Shown: positions 36,913-46,935 of the stretch, piece after piece | Layout: each line of letters starts with the position of its first letter | Numbering within the stretch: the stretch's first letter is position 1 | DNA from: Myxococcales bacterium | Lineage (GTDB): Bacteria > Myxococcota_A > Polyangia > Polyangiales > Polyangiaceae | NCBI GenBank assembly: GCA_043747615.1 | Contig: JAYTOU010000033.1 | Coordinates: forward strand, 64,001-128,000 | Length of the DNA: 64,000 nucleotides | Reading direction: 5' to 3' | Notes under the pieces: generated by a model | Told to the model about the DNA's origin: nothing | Databases searched by the model: none | The model's input: the letters and a program-made list of their open reading frames with translations, nothing else | Position numbers and translations under genes: made by a program

Positions 36913-38082
36913 ATGCGCTCACGCGCCATCGTCGCCTTCTTCGCTCTCACGTTTTGCGCTTCGCGTTTCGCCCTGGCCGGCACGTGCGACCGTCCCATCG
37001 TGAGCGCGTGCATCAATGACGACACGCTCTGGCCTCACGCCGGTCCGCAGCGCTTTATCGGCGTAGGAGGCACGGAGCTCGTCGAGCCAGGCCGCGTAGG
37101 GTTCGGGCTCGTCGCCAGCTATCTCTCGCGACCGATCATCCTCCACACGCCGTCACCCGGCCCCGGAGGCACCGACGAAAACGCCGTGAACGATCAGGTG
37201 AACAGCACCTTCCTCTTCGCGTACGGCGTCACCCACCGACTCGAGCTCGACTTCATCCTTCCCATGACGTTTGCGCAGGGCGGCAGCGGCGTGAGCGCCA
37301 TCACCGGCGGCCAGGATCTGCGCGATACGGCCGTGCGTGACATGCGCTTCGGCGCGACGCTCGCGATCCTTCCGCGTGAACGCGTCGATCCCGGGCTCCT
37401 CGTCGAGACCTCTCCCATTGCCCTCACCGCGCGCTTGGAGGTCTCCGCGCCCACCGGCGATCGGGGCCAGTTCGCCGGAGAAAAAGGCGGCGTTCTCGTT
37501 CCGTCGCTCGCGGCCGATTATCGCCAAGGAAAATGGTTCGGAGCCGTCCAGATCGGCGCGCGGGTGCGGCAAACGGCAGAGTTCGTTGGCGCTCGCATCG
37601 GCACCCAGGCAACCGTCGGGCTCGGCGTGGGCTACGATCTACTGAAGAAGCAGCTTCTGTCGGTGATGATCGACACGCGCGCGCTCCCCACGTTTGCCGA
37701 GCAGCACGACGCGACGCAGACTGCGCAGGGTCTCGTGAGCACTCCCAACGGCAAGCACATCATCCCCGCGGAGTGGATGCTCGCCGTTCGGAGCGCGCCC
37801 ATCAAGGGGGGCGACGTCGCGATCCAGCTCGGCGGGGGCGGCCCGATCCCTCTCAGCTCGGAGGCGGCGCTCACCAGTCCTCGTTTTCGTTTCGTGCTCG
37901 GGGTCACCTACGCGCCCCTCGGGCTCGACTCCGACAAAGACGGCGTCCTCGACAAGGACGACAAATGCCCTGGCACCGCCGGTCTTCGCGCGAACGCAGG
38001 CTGCCCGCCCGAGGCGCCCCCTCCACCTCCGGCACGCCCGGTTGAAGATTCCGTTTCCGCACCACCTAGAGAGGCCCCGTGA
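36913..38082 (+). CDS. Outer-membrane beta-barrel protein with one thrombospondin type-3 repeat (TraB-like, no OmpA domain)
   Basis: Signal peptide, amphipathic strands, PRFRFVLGVTYAP, then DSDKDGVLDKDDKCP...GCP. Confidence 0.7.
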   Translation: MRSRAIVAFFALTFCASRFALAGTCDRPIVSACINDDTLWPHAGPQRFIGVGGTELVEPGRVGFGLVASYLSRPIILHTPSPGPGGTDENAVNDQVNSTFLFAYGVTHRLELDFILPMTFAQGGSGVSAITGGQDLRDTAVRDMRFGATLAILPRERVDPGLLVETSPIALTARLEVSAPTGDRGQFAGEKGGVLVPSLAADYRQGKWFGAVQIGARVRQTAEFVGARIGTQATVGLGVGYDLLKKQLLSVMIDTRALPTFAEQHDATQTAQGLVSTPNGKHIIPAEWMLAVRSAPIKGGDVAIQLGGGGPIPLSSEAALTSPRFRFVLGVTYAPLGLDSDKDGVLDKDDKCPGTAGLRANAGCPPEAPPPPPARPVEDSVSAPPREAP

Positions 38083-39023
38083 AGACGACGCCGAGCGCTA
38101 CATTCCGCCATCTCCTGCTCCGATCCGATTCGGGGGAGAAACTCCCGGGAGCGCTCGTCGAAGCGCTTCGCGAGCATGCTGTTACCGGAGGCTGGTGGTC
38201 AGGGAGCGGCGTCGTTCGCGACGTCGAGATTCGCGCCTTCGACACCAAGAAAAACGCGCTCGGGAGCGTGAACAAAATCCCCGGCCCGGTGCACCTTCTT
38301 TCTGTCGAGGGAGCGATCGGAAACGCGAACGGAACGCTGTCGATCGGAATGCGCGTGGTCATCGCCCGCGACACCGACAGCGGGCTCGAGACGCTGGCGG
38401 GTGAGCTCACCTCGGCCACCGTCGTCGGCCTGGAGGCAATGGTCACCGCCCTGGATGACGTGGCGGTGGATCGAATCCTCGACGAAAAAGCGGGCGTGTG
38501 GCTCGTCGGACTCGGACGGGGGGCATCGGCAGGTGTGACGCCTGCAAAACCGGCAATGGCAGTAGAGGAACGAAAAGAAATGGCTGAAGCTCGTAATCTC
38601 CCGGAAATCGCAGCTCCCGCGGTCGTGCCGTCGGCGCCCGCCGTCGTCGAAAAGAGCGCACCAAAGGCTGCTGAATCCTCGCCGGGCGCGTGGTCGCAAG
38701 CGGTCACCGGGGGTGTGGAAGCCACGAAAGACGGAGCGCCGGTCGTGCGTGCTCCCTTCAGGAGCGGAGGTCCGGGGTCGGCGATGCCCGCCAGGCCGCC
38801 GCCGCGCGCGGACACCAGCCACGACGTTCTTCCGGAGGAAGGCGACGCGGTGGAGCACTTCGCGTTCGGTAGCTGCGACGTAGTGAAGAGCGACGGTGAT
38901 CGGCTTCACCTCAAGGTTCGCAAAGACGGTCGCATCAAGGAGATCGCTCTCGAAATGCTCCGCGTGCAGCTTCTCGAATCCGAAGGCACAGTCCGCCGCT
39001 TTTTGCTTCAGCGAAAAATGTAA
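38079..39023 (+). CDS. PPC/DUF296-domain protein with a Pro-rich linker and a small C-terminal domain
   Basis: GE.L...L, GSG.V, LLSVEG.I, LAGEL; C-terminal EGD.VEHFAFG.C. Confidence 0.7.
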   Translation: MKTTPSATFRHLLLRSDSGEKLPGALVEALREHAVTGGWWSGSGVVRDVEIRAFDTKKNALGSVNKIPGPVHLLSVEGAIGNANGTLSIGMRVVIARDTDSGLETLAGELTSATVVGLEAMVTALDDVAVDRILDEKAGVWLVGLGRGASAGVTPAKPAMAVEERKEMAEARNLPEIAAPAVVPSAPAVVEKSAPKAAESSPGAWSQAVTGGVEATKDGAPVVRAPFRSGGPGSAMPARPPPRADTSHDVLPEEGDAVEHFAFGSCDVVKSDGDRLHLKVRKDGRIKEIALEMLRVQLLESEGTVRRFLLQRKM

Positions 39024-39045
39024 CGCGGCGCCCCCAGCATGGGGG

Positions 39046-39975
39046 CTAGCTCGAAGGCGCGGTCACGCATGCCGTGGTGCCGTATACGTGGAGCTCGGCG
39101 CCGACGCCGTGCGTGCCTTTGATCATGGCAAACGCGATGGGTGCTCCGTCGGGGGTGTCGGCAGCACTGGTGATTTGACCGAGGACCGCGCCGGCAGCGT
39201 CGGTGACGCTCTCTCCTTTTGCCGGGGGTGGCCCCGCGCGAAGCGTGAGCGGGACGAGCTTTCGTTTCACGTGCCCGCGCAGCTCGAGCATGCACACTAC
39301 TTCTTGGCCGAGGTAGCAGCCCTTGTTGAAAGAGACGGCGCGCTTCTCGAGGAGCGCCTCTTGCGGGTAGGTGGTGACGTCGAAGTCGTGTCCGAAGCGG
39401 GGGATTCCCGACGCAAGGCGAAGGGATTCCCAGCTCGCTTGCTCGCCGATCGCGCCCCCCAGCTCACCGGCGGCCGCCGCCATGGCCTCGCGTACGGAAG
39501 CCTCGTTTTCACGCTCGACGACGACGATGGCCCCTCCGAGCCCGGTGTAATCGAGCGGCGCACCGACCGCTCCGAAAGGGCGCACCCGCGAGAGCAGCTC
39601 GGCGGATTTCGGACCGTGAAGCTGCCACACCACGAAGGCCTCGGGCGCGGGCGCGACCTCCGCATCTTCCATGATCAAATATTTTTCGAACGAGACCTTG
39701 AGCGCGTTCATCTCCGTGCTCGGCACTGCAAGCACAAGGCGCTCGGCATCCACCAGCACCGTGAGATCGGCCATGATGCGGCCTTTCTGGGTGACCGCGA
39801 GCCCGTAGGCGGCGGCGCCCGGCGCGAGCTTGGCGAGGTCGCAGGTGACGATCCCATTCAGCCACGTTTGACGATCGGCCCCGGTGACGAGCATGACCCC
39901 GAGCTCCGGTGCCTCGACGGCTAGAACGGCGCTGCGCGCGCGCGCGATGTGATCCTTCAGTGTTAGAGCGTCCAC
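39046..39975 (-). CDS. ygfZ: Folate-binding Fe-S repair protein YgfZ/GcvT family
   Basis: G.DR..WLNG..T.D and the KGCYLGQE signature. Confidence 0.92.
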   Translation of the reverse strand: MDALTLKDHIARARSAVLAVEAPELGVMLVTGADRQTWLNGIVTCDLAKLAPGAAAYGLAVTQKGRIMADLTVLVDAERLVLAVPSTEMNALKVSFEKYLIMEDAEVAPAPEAFVVWQLHGPKSAELLSRVRPFGAVGAPLDYTGLGGAIVVVERENEASVREAMAAAAGELGGAIGEQASWESLRLASGIPRFGHDFDVTTYPQEALLEKRAVSFNKGCYLGQEVVCMLELRGHVKRKLVPLTLRAGPPPAKGESVTDAAGAVLGQITSAADTPDGAPIAFAMIKGTHGVGAELHVYGTTACVTAPSS

Positions 39976-40060
39976 CGGTTTATTCTAAGCACTCTTGGGA
40001 CGCCGCGTCCCGGCGATATGGTTTGACCGGTACGCCGTCTGTCGTCATACCGAACGCCGA

Positions 40061-41008
40061 ATGTCCGGGATCGGCGTAGTCTTCAACCCCAGAAGCCGCA
40101 GAAATCTGCGGGATCCGCGGGCTGCCACACGGCTTGCCCGAAAACTCGGCGATCACGGCATCGTCCGCGCGGCCCATTCGGTCGACGAGCTCCACCGCAT
40201 CGCCGAGGACTTCAAGCGCTTACGCATCGACGTCCTCGGGATCAGCGGCGGTGACGGCACGAACCACGTCACCATCACTGGATTTTTGAACGTCTACGAC
40301 GGAAGCACCCTCCCCTCTCTCGCGTTTCTCCGGGGCGGTACGATGAACACGGTCGCCAACTCCGTCGGCATTACGGAGGGGCGCCCCGAAGGCCTTCTCG
40401 GCCGGCTGATGCGAGCCTATGCACGGCGCGCGTCGATGCCCCTCGAGAACGTCGAGCGTCACGTGATGCGCGTCGGCTCCGACTACGGATTTCTCTTCGG
40501 CACCGGAGCGGCCTACGGCTTTCTCGCCGAGTACTACCGCGACGGAGATCCCTCCCCTCTCCTGGCGGCAAAGACGCTCGCACGTGGCGTCGCGAGCACT
40601 CTCATTGGCGGCGAGATGGTGCGGCGCATGGCTGCCCCCTTCCGCGGATCGGTGTCGTTCGACGACGGGACCTCGTGGGAAGAGCGCGATTACCTGTCGG
40701 TGACGGGGGGGACGATCGCGCAGATCGGGCTGAATTTCAGGCCCTTCTATCGCTTCGACGAACGCCCCAACACCTTCCATCTGCTCGGCATCTACGCGTC
40801 TCACATGGGATTCGTGCGCGACCTTCCGCGAATCTGGCGGGCTGAGCCGATGCGCCCGGGACTTACGTACGAGGCCGTCGTCGACAAGGCCACGATCCGC
40901 AGCGCCGACGGCCAAATGCGTTACATGATCGACGGCGATCTCCACGAAAAGTCGGGCGAGCTGGAAGTCGCCATCGGCCCCAAGGTCAAGATCGTCGTCG
41001 GTACGTAG
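40061..41008 (+). CDS. Diacylglycerol/lipid kinase family protein
   Basis: NP.S, GGDGT, GGTMN, IDGD. Confidence 0.88.
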   Translation: MSGIGVVFNPRSRRNLRDPRAATRLARKLGDHGIVRAAHSVDELHRIAEDFKRLRIDVLGISGGDGTNHVTITGFLNVYDGSTLPSLAFLRGGTMNTVANSVGITEGRPEGLLGRLMRAYARRASMPLENVERHVMRVGSDYGFLFGTGAAYGFLAEYYRDGDPSPLLAAKTLARGVASTLIGGEMVRRMAAPFRGSVSFDDGTSWEERDYLSVTGGTIAQIGLNFRPFYRFDERPNTFHLLGIYASHMGFVRDLPRIWRAEPMRPGLTYEAVVDKATIRSADGQMRYMIDGDLHEKSGELEVAIGPKVKIVVGT

Positions 41009-41040
41009 CACGCCGCGTGATGAGGTAGTCTGTGCGGGCC

Positions 41041-41676
41041 ATGCCCCCGCGACGCGTGCTCGGCCTCGTGATCGCGATGACGCTCGCGACCATCTCCTCT
41101 GCGCCGCGGATGGCGCACGCGGACGGGCTCACGCCATCGGAGCTTTCTTCCCTCGCGCACGGCGAGACGGTAACCCGGCCCCTCACCTTCGAGCCGAATG
41201 GCCAGCGCTTCGTCGGCGGCGTGACCTACAGCATCTTGGCAGCCACGCCCGAAGAGCTTTTCGCACTTCTCGACAAGGCCGACGCGTACGTCGAAGTGCT
41301 CCCGAGGACGAAGTACGCAGAGAAGGTCTCGGGCCCCGCGCCCGATCTCTTCATCGAGCTTCACCAAGGCAACGCGCTCATCGACGCCGCGTACACCGTG
41401 CGGATCCGGAAAGAGCCTGAAAAGAAGCGGATTCGCTTCTGGCTCGAGCCCTCTCGTCCGCACGCCATCGACGACGCGTGGGGGTTTTTCCGGTACGAGC
41501 TCCTGGCAAGCGAGGACGGACAACCGCGCCTGCTCCTCACCTATGGCGCCCTCGTCGACGTGGGGCCGGGGATGCTCCGCAGCCTGTATGAGGAGCGCCT
41601 CCGCTACGCGATGCTCGCGGTCCCAGAAAACCTTCGTCGCTACCTGCTTCGGTTGAAGGCGGGACCCCCGACTTAG
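41041..41676 (+). CDS. Secreted SRPBCC/START-domain protein
   Basis: Signal peptide ending AHA; P.ELF..L...Y.E.LP; DAWG.F. Confidence 0.65.
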   Translation: MPPRRVLGLVIAMTLATISSAPRMAHADGLTPSELSSLAHGETVTRPLTFEPNGQRFVGGVTYSILAATPEELFALLDKADAYVEVLPRTKYAEKVSGPAPDLFIELHQGNALIDAAYTVRIRKEPEKKRIRFWLEPSRPHAIDDAWGFFRYELLASEDGQPRLLLTYGALVDVGPGMLRSLYEERLRYAMLAVPENLRRYLLRLKAGPPT

Positions 41677-41684
41677 TGTAAATA

Positions 41685-42626
41685 GTGGCGGACGTGCTGA
41701 ACCGCGTGGCCATGATTGCGCTCAATGCCTACCGGGAGGCGGTGCGGGCGCGCGTGCTCTACGGGCTCCTCGCTCTCGCCCTCGCGAGCTGCGCATACTC
41801 GCTCGTGGTGGGAACGCTCTCGCTCCACCAAGAGCAGCGGGTCGTTGCCGATCTCGGAGCGGCGTCGATCTCGCTCTACACGATCATGGTGGCGATCGTC
41901 CTTGGCGCCACGTCTCTCCACCGCGAGCTCGAGCTAAAGACTATTTTTCCGATCCTGACGCGGCCGCTGAGGCGCCACGAGTACCTCGTCGGAAAATACC
42001 TGGGGACTCTGGGAACGCTGGCGGTGTTCATCGCCCTCGACGGAGGCGCAGTCCTCGGGATTCTCGCGCTGGAAGCCGGTCAGAAGGTGTCGCTGGTGGT
42101 CGGCGCGTCCGTGCTCCTCGCCATCATTTTGGCGGTCATGTTGGTGAGCGCGCGTTTCACTCGAGTTTTCGTGGTAATTCCGTGGTCGTTCGCGCTCTTC
42201 GCGGCGATGGCTTTGCTCGCTGCGCCCGCCGGCGGTGAACGGCAGCTCGTGCTTGCGTCCGCCGCGCTCACCCTGATGGAGGCGATGATCGTGACCGCGG
42301 TCGCCACGTTGTTTGCGTCGTTCTCGTCGCCGTTCCTCACCGCGATCTTCACGATCGGAGTCTTTCTTGTCGGGCGCTCTGCCGACACTCTCGCGAATCT
42401 TCCGGCGCGCTACTTCGGCCAGACCATCCATGAGATTGGTCGCGCACTGTCGCACGTCGTACCGAACCTCAACGTTTACGTCCCGCCGCGCGCGCTCCTC
42501 TTGGGTCAAGTGATCGACGCGCCGGTATGGTCGTTCGTCGGGGCCGCCGGTGTGCAAGCGATCCTCTGTTCGACCTTGTTGCTGGCGCTCGGTGCGCTCA
42601 TCTTTCGCAAACGCGATTTCGAGTGA
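41685..42626 (+). CDS. ABC-2 type permease (PilI-like)
   Basis: IALNAYREAVR, RELE.KTI..IL.RPL.R.EYLVGKYLG, F.KRDF. Confidence 0.85.
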   Translation: MADVLNRVAMIALNAYREAVRARVLYGLLALALASCAYSLVVGTLSLHQEQRVVADLGAASISLYTIMVAIVLGATSLHRELELKTIFPILTRPLRRHEYLVGKYLGTLGTLAVFIALDGGAVLGILALEAGQKVSLVVGASVLLAIILAVMLVSARFTRVFVVIPWSFALFAAMALLAAPAGGERQLVLASAALTLMEAMIVTAVATLFASFSSPFLTAIFTIGVFLVGRSADTLANLPARYFGQTIHEIGRALSHVVPNLNVYVPPRALLLGQVIDAPVWSFVGAAGVQAILCSTLLLALGALIFRKRDFE

Positions 42627-43222
42627 AGCCTCCGGGGCGATTGAGCGCCTTCGGAGGCCGCGTGCTCGTCGGGTTGGTCGGGGTCGCGCTGATCGTTCTC
42701 GCGGGAGGAGCACACGAGCTCACGGTCGGCGCGCGGGCCATGCGCGAAAGCGACGAAGCCTTCGCCCGCGGAGACGTCCCGACCGCCATCGTGCGCGCCC
42801 ACGCCGCTGCCGAAGCGATGGTGCCAACCAGCCCGTACCCCGCACGTGGCTACGCTCGGCTCGACACCCTAGCGCGAGACGCCGAAGCGCGAGGTGACGA
42901 CGCGAGCGCGGCCTCTGCGTGGCGCGCAATGCGTTCGGCCGCCAAGGCGACGCGCACCAGCGAGCCCTGGCTCGAACGCGCAAATCGGGGGATTTTTCGA
43001 GCGGGAGCGCGTGCTGCACGCAGCCCGGAGGATGTGAGCCGCTGCGTCGGCAGCACGTCGGCAACCTGCGATCCGAGCGCGATCGAAAAGCGAATCGGCG
43101 ACGCGCTCGTCGAAGACGATACGCCGGGGACGCCCACCTTTCTTCTTGTCGGGTTCGCCAGCATTTTCTTTTTTTTCGGAGTCACACATCTTTTAGGGCG
43201 CGTCTGGCGGGCGGAGCATTAG
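42623..43222 (+). CDS. Hypothetical membrane protein (TM, helical domain, TM)
   Basis: GTGA overlap with the permease; hydrophobic segments at both ends. Confidence 0.7.
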   Translation: MKPPGRLSAFGGRVLVGLVGVALIVLAGGAHELTVGARAMRESDEAFARGDVPTAIVRAHAAAEAMVPTSPYPARGYARLDTLARDAEARGDDASAASAWRAMRSAAKATRTSEPWLERANRGIFRAGARAARSPEDVSRCVGSTSATCDPSAIEKRIGDALVEDDTPGTPTFLLVGFASIFFFFGVTHLLGRVWRAEH

Positions 43223-43255
43223 GGCGGGCCCCGTGGTAGAGTCCGGCGCCAAATC

Positions 43256-43768
43256 GTGGAAAAAGAGCGAATAGCGCCGGTTGCGGACGGCGAAATCCTA
43301 GCCGGCAAGTACCGAGTGGAGCGCGTCCTCGGCGTAGGCGGTATGGGCGTCGGGAGTGATCTCGGCCATCGGGTCGAGAGCCCGCGCAGCGTCGACGAGT
43401 GCATCAACTACCTCCTCCAAGCGTGCGAGGCGGCCGCCGGGGCTATCACAACCATCCTCCTCATCGGCGGAGTGCTCGTCTTCCAAACGATGCAGCCGTC
43501 GTCCCCGCCGCCGGTCGCTTCGGCGCCGAGCGCTGCTTTCATCCCCTCCGCGGCCAAGCCGCTCGTGATCGAGACGAGCGAGACGGTCGGTGCTCCAAGC
43601 GTGACGGCCGCAGTGGCTGTCTCCGTACCGCGCGTGCCGACGAAGCCGAAACCCAGATCGCATCGTGTACGCATCGGTCGTCGCGTCCGCGGCAGCGTTT
43701 CCGTCGCGAGCGTATGCCCAGGGAGCATCGAGCCAGGCCGCGGCGCAGGCGCTCTTCGACCAGGGTAA
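43256..43768 (+). pseudogene. Ser/Thr protein kinase remnant with large in-frame deletions
   Basis: ILAGKYRVERVLGVGGMGV joined to GSDL...YLLQACEA, joined to a TM segment and Pro-rich tail; no VAIK, HRDLKP, DFG or APE. Confidence 0.75.
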
Positions 43769-43940
43769 GCGCGTGATGACCGCGGGGGCGCTCACCGAAG
43801 CGTGCCCCAAGTTCGCGGAGAGCCAGAAGCTCGACCCAGGGGCCGGAACGTTGCTCAACCTCGCTGCGTGCTACGAGCGCAACGGGCAGACGGCGAGTGC
43901 GTGGGCTACGTACACCGACGCCGCGATCGCCGCGGAGCGT
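43665..43940 (+). pseudogene. N-terminal fragment of a TPR(-PEGA) secreted protein
   Basis: AQALFDQGK...EACPKFAESQKLDPGAGTLLNLAACYE..G.TASAW; recognisable similarity ends near 43940. Confidence 0.7.
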
Positions 43941-43944
43941 GACG

Positions 43945-44532
43945 ATGGACTCGCCCTTCGCCGTGCTTCATGCGAGCAAGCTCGACGGCGGAGGCCTCCT
44001 CGAGTTCCCGACGAGCAACTCGCCGTTCCATGTCGCAGTCGATCCGAACAATTTGTACTGGACGAACAACGGCAACAACGTCCTCGGCCTACCTATCGAC
44101 GGTGGCGCGCTTCTCACGCTCGGCGCTCTCCTCGGTGACCGCGCGGGAGGGATCACGACCGATTCGACAGGGATTTACTGGGGGGTCGAATTCAACGCTG
44201 GCTCGGGTAGCGTCAACAAAAGCACCGCGACCGATGGCGCCATCCTAAAATCCTACGGTATGAAAAACCCTAATCCAGTCAACATCGTCGTCGACGCGAC
44301 GCACATCTACTGGACCAATCTCGGCACGGTCAGCGGCGCGATGGACATGGTGACGAGCGACGGCTCGGTGCTGAGCTGTCCGCGCGACGGTTGCGACAAG
44401 GGCGAGGGTTTGAAGACGCTTGCCGGCTCGCAGCACAACGCGCTCGGGCTCGCGCAGGACAACGACGCCATCTACTGGACGACGAATCCGCCCGGCAACG
44501 CGGGCACGATCATGAAGGTCGCGAAGCCGTAG
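43945..44532 (+). pseudogene. C-terminal fragment of a YWT-repeat beta-propeller (DUF5050-like)
   Basis: Repeats AVD..NLYWT, TTD..GIYW, VVD..HIYWT, AQD..AIYWT, ending IMKVAKP; no signal peptide. Confidence 0.65.
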
Positions 44533-44580
44533 AACGCCTCAGGGGGTTACGGTTTCGGCGGCGATGTGGCAAATACGTGC

Positions 44581-46140
44581 ATGGCCCAAGTCCCGATGGA
44601 CGAGCGGAAGGTCGCCGAGTGCCGTGAGCTCGCGGCCGACATCGCCGACGACGTCCAGACCTACATCAATCAACACACGAGCGTCGGCGCGGAGCGGACG
44701 TTCCTCCGCGCGTACGGCGTCGATGGCGTCGACGACGAAGGCGCGCCTCTCGTCAACTTAGCGATCGATCGCCTCCGAAAAGCCGGAACTCTCGGTCACG
44801 GAATTGGCTATTTTTTAGGGCGATCGCTGCTTTCTGGCGCAGCCACGCCGCAAGACGCGGCAGAGCGTTTGGCGTTCGGTCACGAGCTCGACGACGGCAC
44901 GGGCGGCCCCTCGCTCGACGAAGTGCGCGCTGTCCTCGCGCCACACGCAAAGGCGGCGATGGACCGCATCGATCGCGCGCGCGAAGAACGCGAGGCGCTG
45001 AAGGCCCGCATGAAGCCTGGTCCCGCGCCCCTCAAGTACGTCATCGTCGCCACCGGCAACATCTACGACGACGCCGTTCAAGCCAAAGCCGCGGCCCACG
45101 CCGGCGGAGACATCGTGGCCGTCATCCGAGCGACGGCGCAATCGCTCCTCGACTACGTCCCGCACGGTGCAACCACCGAAGGCTACGGCGGAACCTTCGC
45201 CACCCAGGAAAACTTCAAGATCATTCGGCGGGCAACAGACGAAGCGAGCGAGGAATACGGGCGCTACATCCACCAGACGAACTACTCGTCCGGACTGTGC
45301 ATGAGCGAAATCGCCTGGATGGCGGCCGTTGAACGCCTCGACATGCTTCTCAACGACGCCATGTACGGGATCCTCTTTCGCGACATCAACATGTGTCGCA
45401 ACTTCATCGACCAGTACGTCTCGCGGCGCTTCATCGCCCGCTCGCGGATCATCATCAACACCGGAGAGGACAATTACCTCACCACCGCCGACGCGGTCGA
45501 AAAGGCCCACACCGTCCTTGCCAGCCAGTTCATCAACGAAGCGTTTGCGGCGCGAGCCGGAGTTCGGCCGGAAGAAATGGGACTCGGCCACGCCTACGAA
45601 ATCGACCCTTGGATCGAGGACAGCTTCCTCCTCGAGCTCGCCCAGGCGCAGCTCATTCGACAAATTTTTCCGAAGAGCCCCATCAAGTGGATGCCGCCTA
45701 CGAAGCACAAGGTGGGAGACATCTTCTTCGCCCACGTGCACGACGCGATGTTCAACCTCGTCGGCGTCACCACCGCGCAATCGATCGAGCTCCTCGGCAT
45801 GTTCAGCGAGGCCGTCCACAATCCGATGCTCATGGACCGCTACCTCTCACTCAAGGCCACACGCTACGTGTTCAGCGCCGCCAAGCACCTGGGAGACGAG
45901 ATCACGTTCAAGCCCGACGGGCTCATCGCCAAGCGCGCCGAGACGGTGCTCACCGAGGCCCGCGAGCTCCTCAGCGAGGTGAAGCGTGACACGATCTGGA
46001 CGTCGATCGGCAACGGCGCATTCGCCGACGTGAAGCGCACGCGCACGGGCGGAAAAGGCTACGCAGGGGTCGTGGAGCGTGACAAAGACTACGTGAATCC
46101 GATTCTGGAGGAGCTCGAGCGCCATGCACCCGCTGAATAA
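44581..46140 (+). CDS. kamD: Lysine 5,6-aminomutase alpha subunit
   Basis: YVIVATGNIYDD, AVIR.TAQSLLDYVP.G.TTEG.GGT.ATQENF, NY.SGLCM.E, NTGEDNY, MPPTK. Confidence 0.92.
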   Translation: MAQVPMDERKVAECRELAADIADDVQTYINQHTSVGAERTFLRAYGVDGVDDEGAPLVNLAIDRLRKAGTLGHGIGYFLGRSLLSGAATPQDAAERLAFGHELDDGTGGPSLDEVRAVLAPHAKAAMDRIDRAREEREALKARMKPGPAPLKYVIVATGNIYDDAVQAKAAAHAGGDIVAVIRATAQSLLDYVPHGATTEGYGGTFATQENFKIIRRATDEASEEYGRYIHQTNYSSGLCMSEIAWMAAVERLDMLLNDAMYGILFRDINMCRNFIDQYVSRRFIARSRIIINTGEDNYLTTADAVEKAHTVLASQFINEAFAARAGVRPEEMGLGHAYEIDPWIEDSFLLELAQAQLIRQIFPKSPIKWMPPTKHKVGDIFFAHVHDAMFNLVGVTTAQSIELLGMFSEAVHNPMLMDRYLSLKATRYVFSAAKHLGDEITFKPDGLIAKRAETVLTEARELLSEVKRDTIWTSIGNGAFADVKRTRTGGKGYAGVVERDKDYVNPILEELERHAPAE

Positions 46141-46897
46141 TCCGAGCCGTCCGCTCCGCGCCTACGGCGATCGCGAAGGCGACGGCATGGTGCAAATGTC
46201 GTTCGTGCTCCAGGTTCCGCCTTCGGTGCGCGCGCGGGAAGCGGCCAAGCGTTTCGCCGAGCTGCACGGGTTGAAAGAGCCGCTCGTCGCCACGATGGAA
46301 GAGTGCGCGAAGGGCTATTCGTTCTTTGTGGTCTACGGTCACTCCACGCACTCCGTCGATTTTTCGCAAATCGAAGTGCCGGAGGTGCGGACCGAAGCAC
46401 TCTCGCGAGAGCAGATCGAACACCGGATCAAGACGCGCCACGGGAAGAAGATCATCGTTGTCGGCGCGTGCACCGGCTCCGACGCTCACACCGTCGGGAT
46501 CGACGCGGTACTCAATTACAAGGGCTACGCGGGTGACAAAGGCCTCGAGAGTTACAAAATGTTCGAGGCTTACAACTTGGGGGCGCAGGTCGAAAACGAG
46601 CAGCTCGCCGAACGCGCGCGCGCTCTTCAGGCCGATGCGATCCTGGTGAGTCAGGTGATCACGCAGCGGAATTGCCACAAGGAGAACGCCGCCGCGCTCA
46701 TTGATCTAGCCAAAAAACAGGGCTGGCGTGACAGCGTGGTGATGCTCCTCGGCGGCCCGCGGATCGATCACAAGCTCGCGCTCGAGCTCGGGTATGACGC
46801 TGGGTTCGGCCCGGGAACCAAGCCGAGCGACGTGGCGTCGTTTCTCGTCGAGACGATTTGCGGCGTTGAGCCTGCGATCACGATCGACTCGACCTGA
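46124..46897 (+). CDS. kamE: Lysine 5,6-aminomutase beta subunit (cobalamin and PLP binding)
   Basis: YGD...DG.VQ.SF.L, G.DAHTVGIDA..N.KG, LVSQ..TQ, GGPRI, GYDAGFGPG. Confidence 0.92.
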   Translation: MHPLNNPSRPLRAYGDREGDGMVQMSFVLQVPPSVRAREAAKRFAELHGLKEPLVATMEECAKGYSFFVVYGHSTHSVDFSQIEVPEVRTEALSREQIEHRIKTRHGKKIIVVGACTGSDAHTVGIDAVLNYKGYAGDKGLESYKMFEAYNLGAQVENEQLAERARALQADAILVSQVITQRNCHKENAAALIDLAKKQGWRDSVVMLLGGPRIDHKLALELGYDAGFGPGTKPSDVASFLVETICGVEPAITIDST

Positions 46898-46935
46898 CGA
46901 CTCCGACGTTTGCCCGCGGACTCGAGCCGCGCGAG

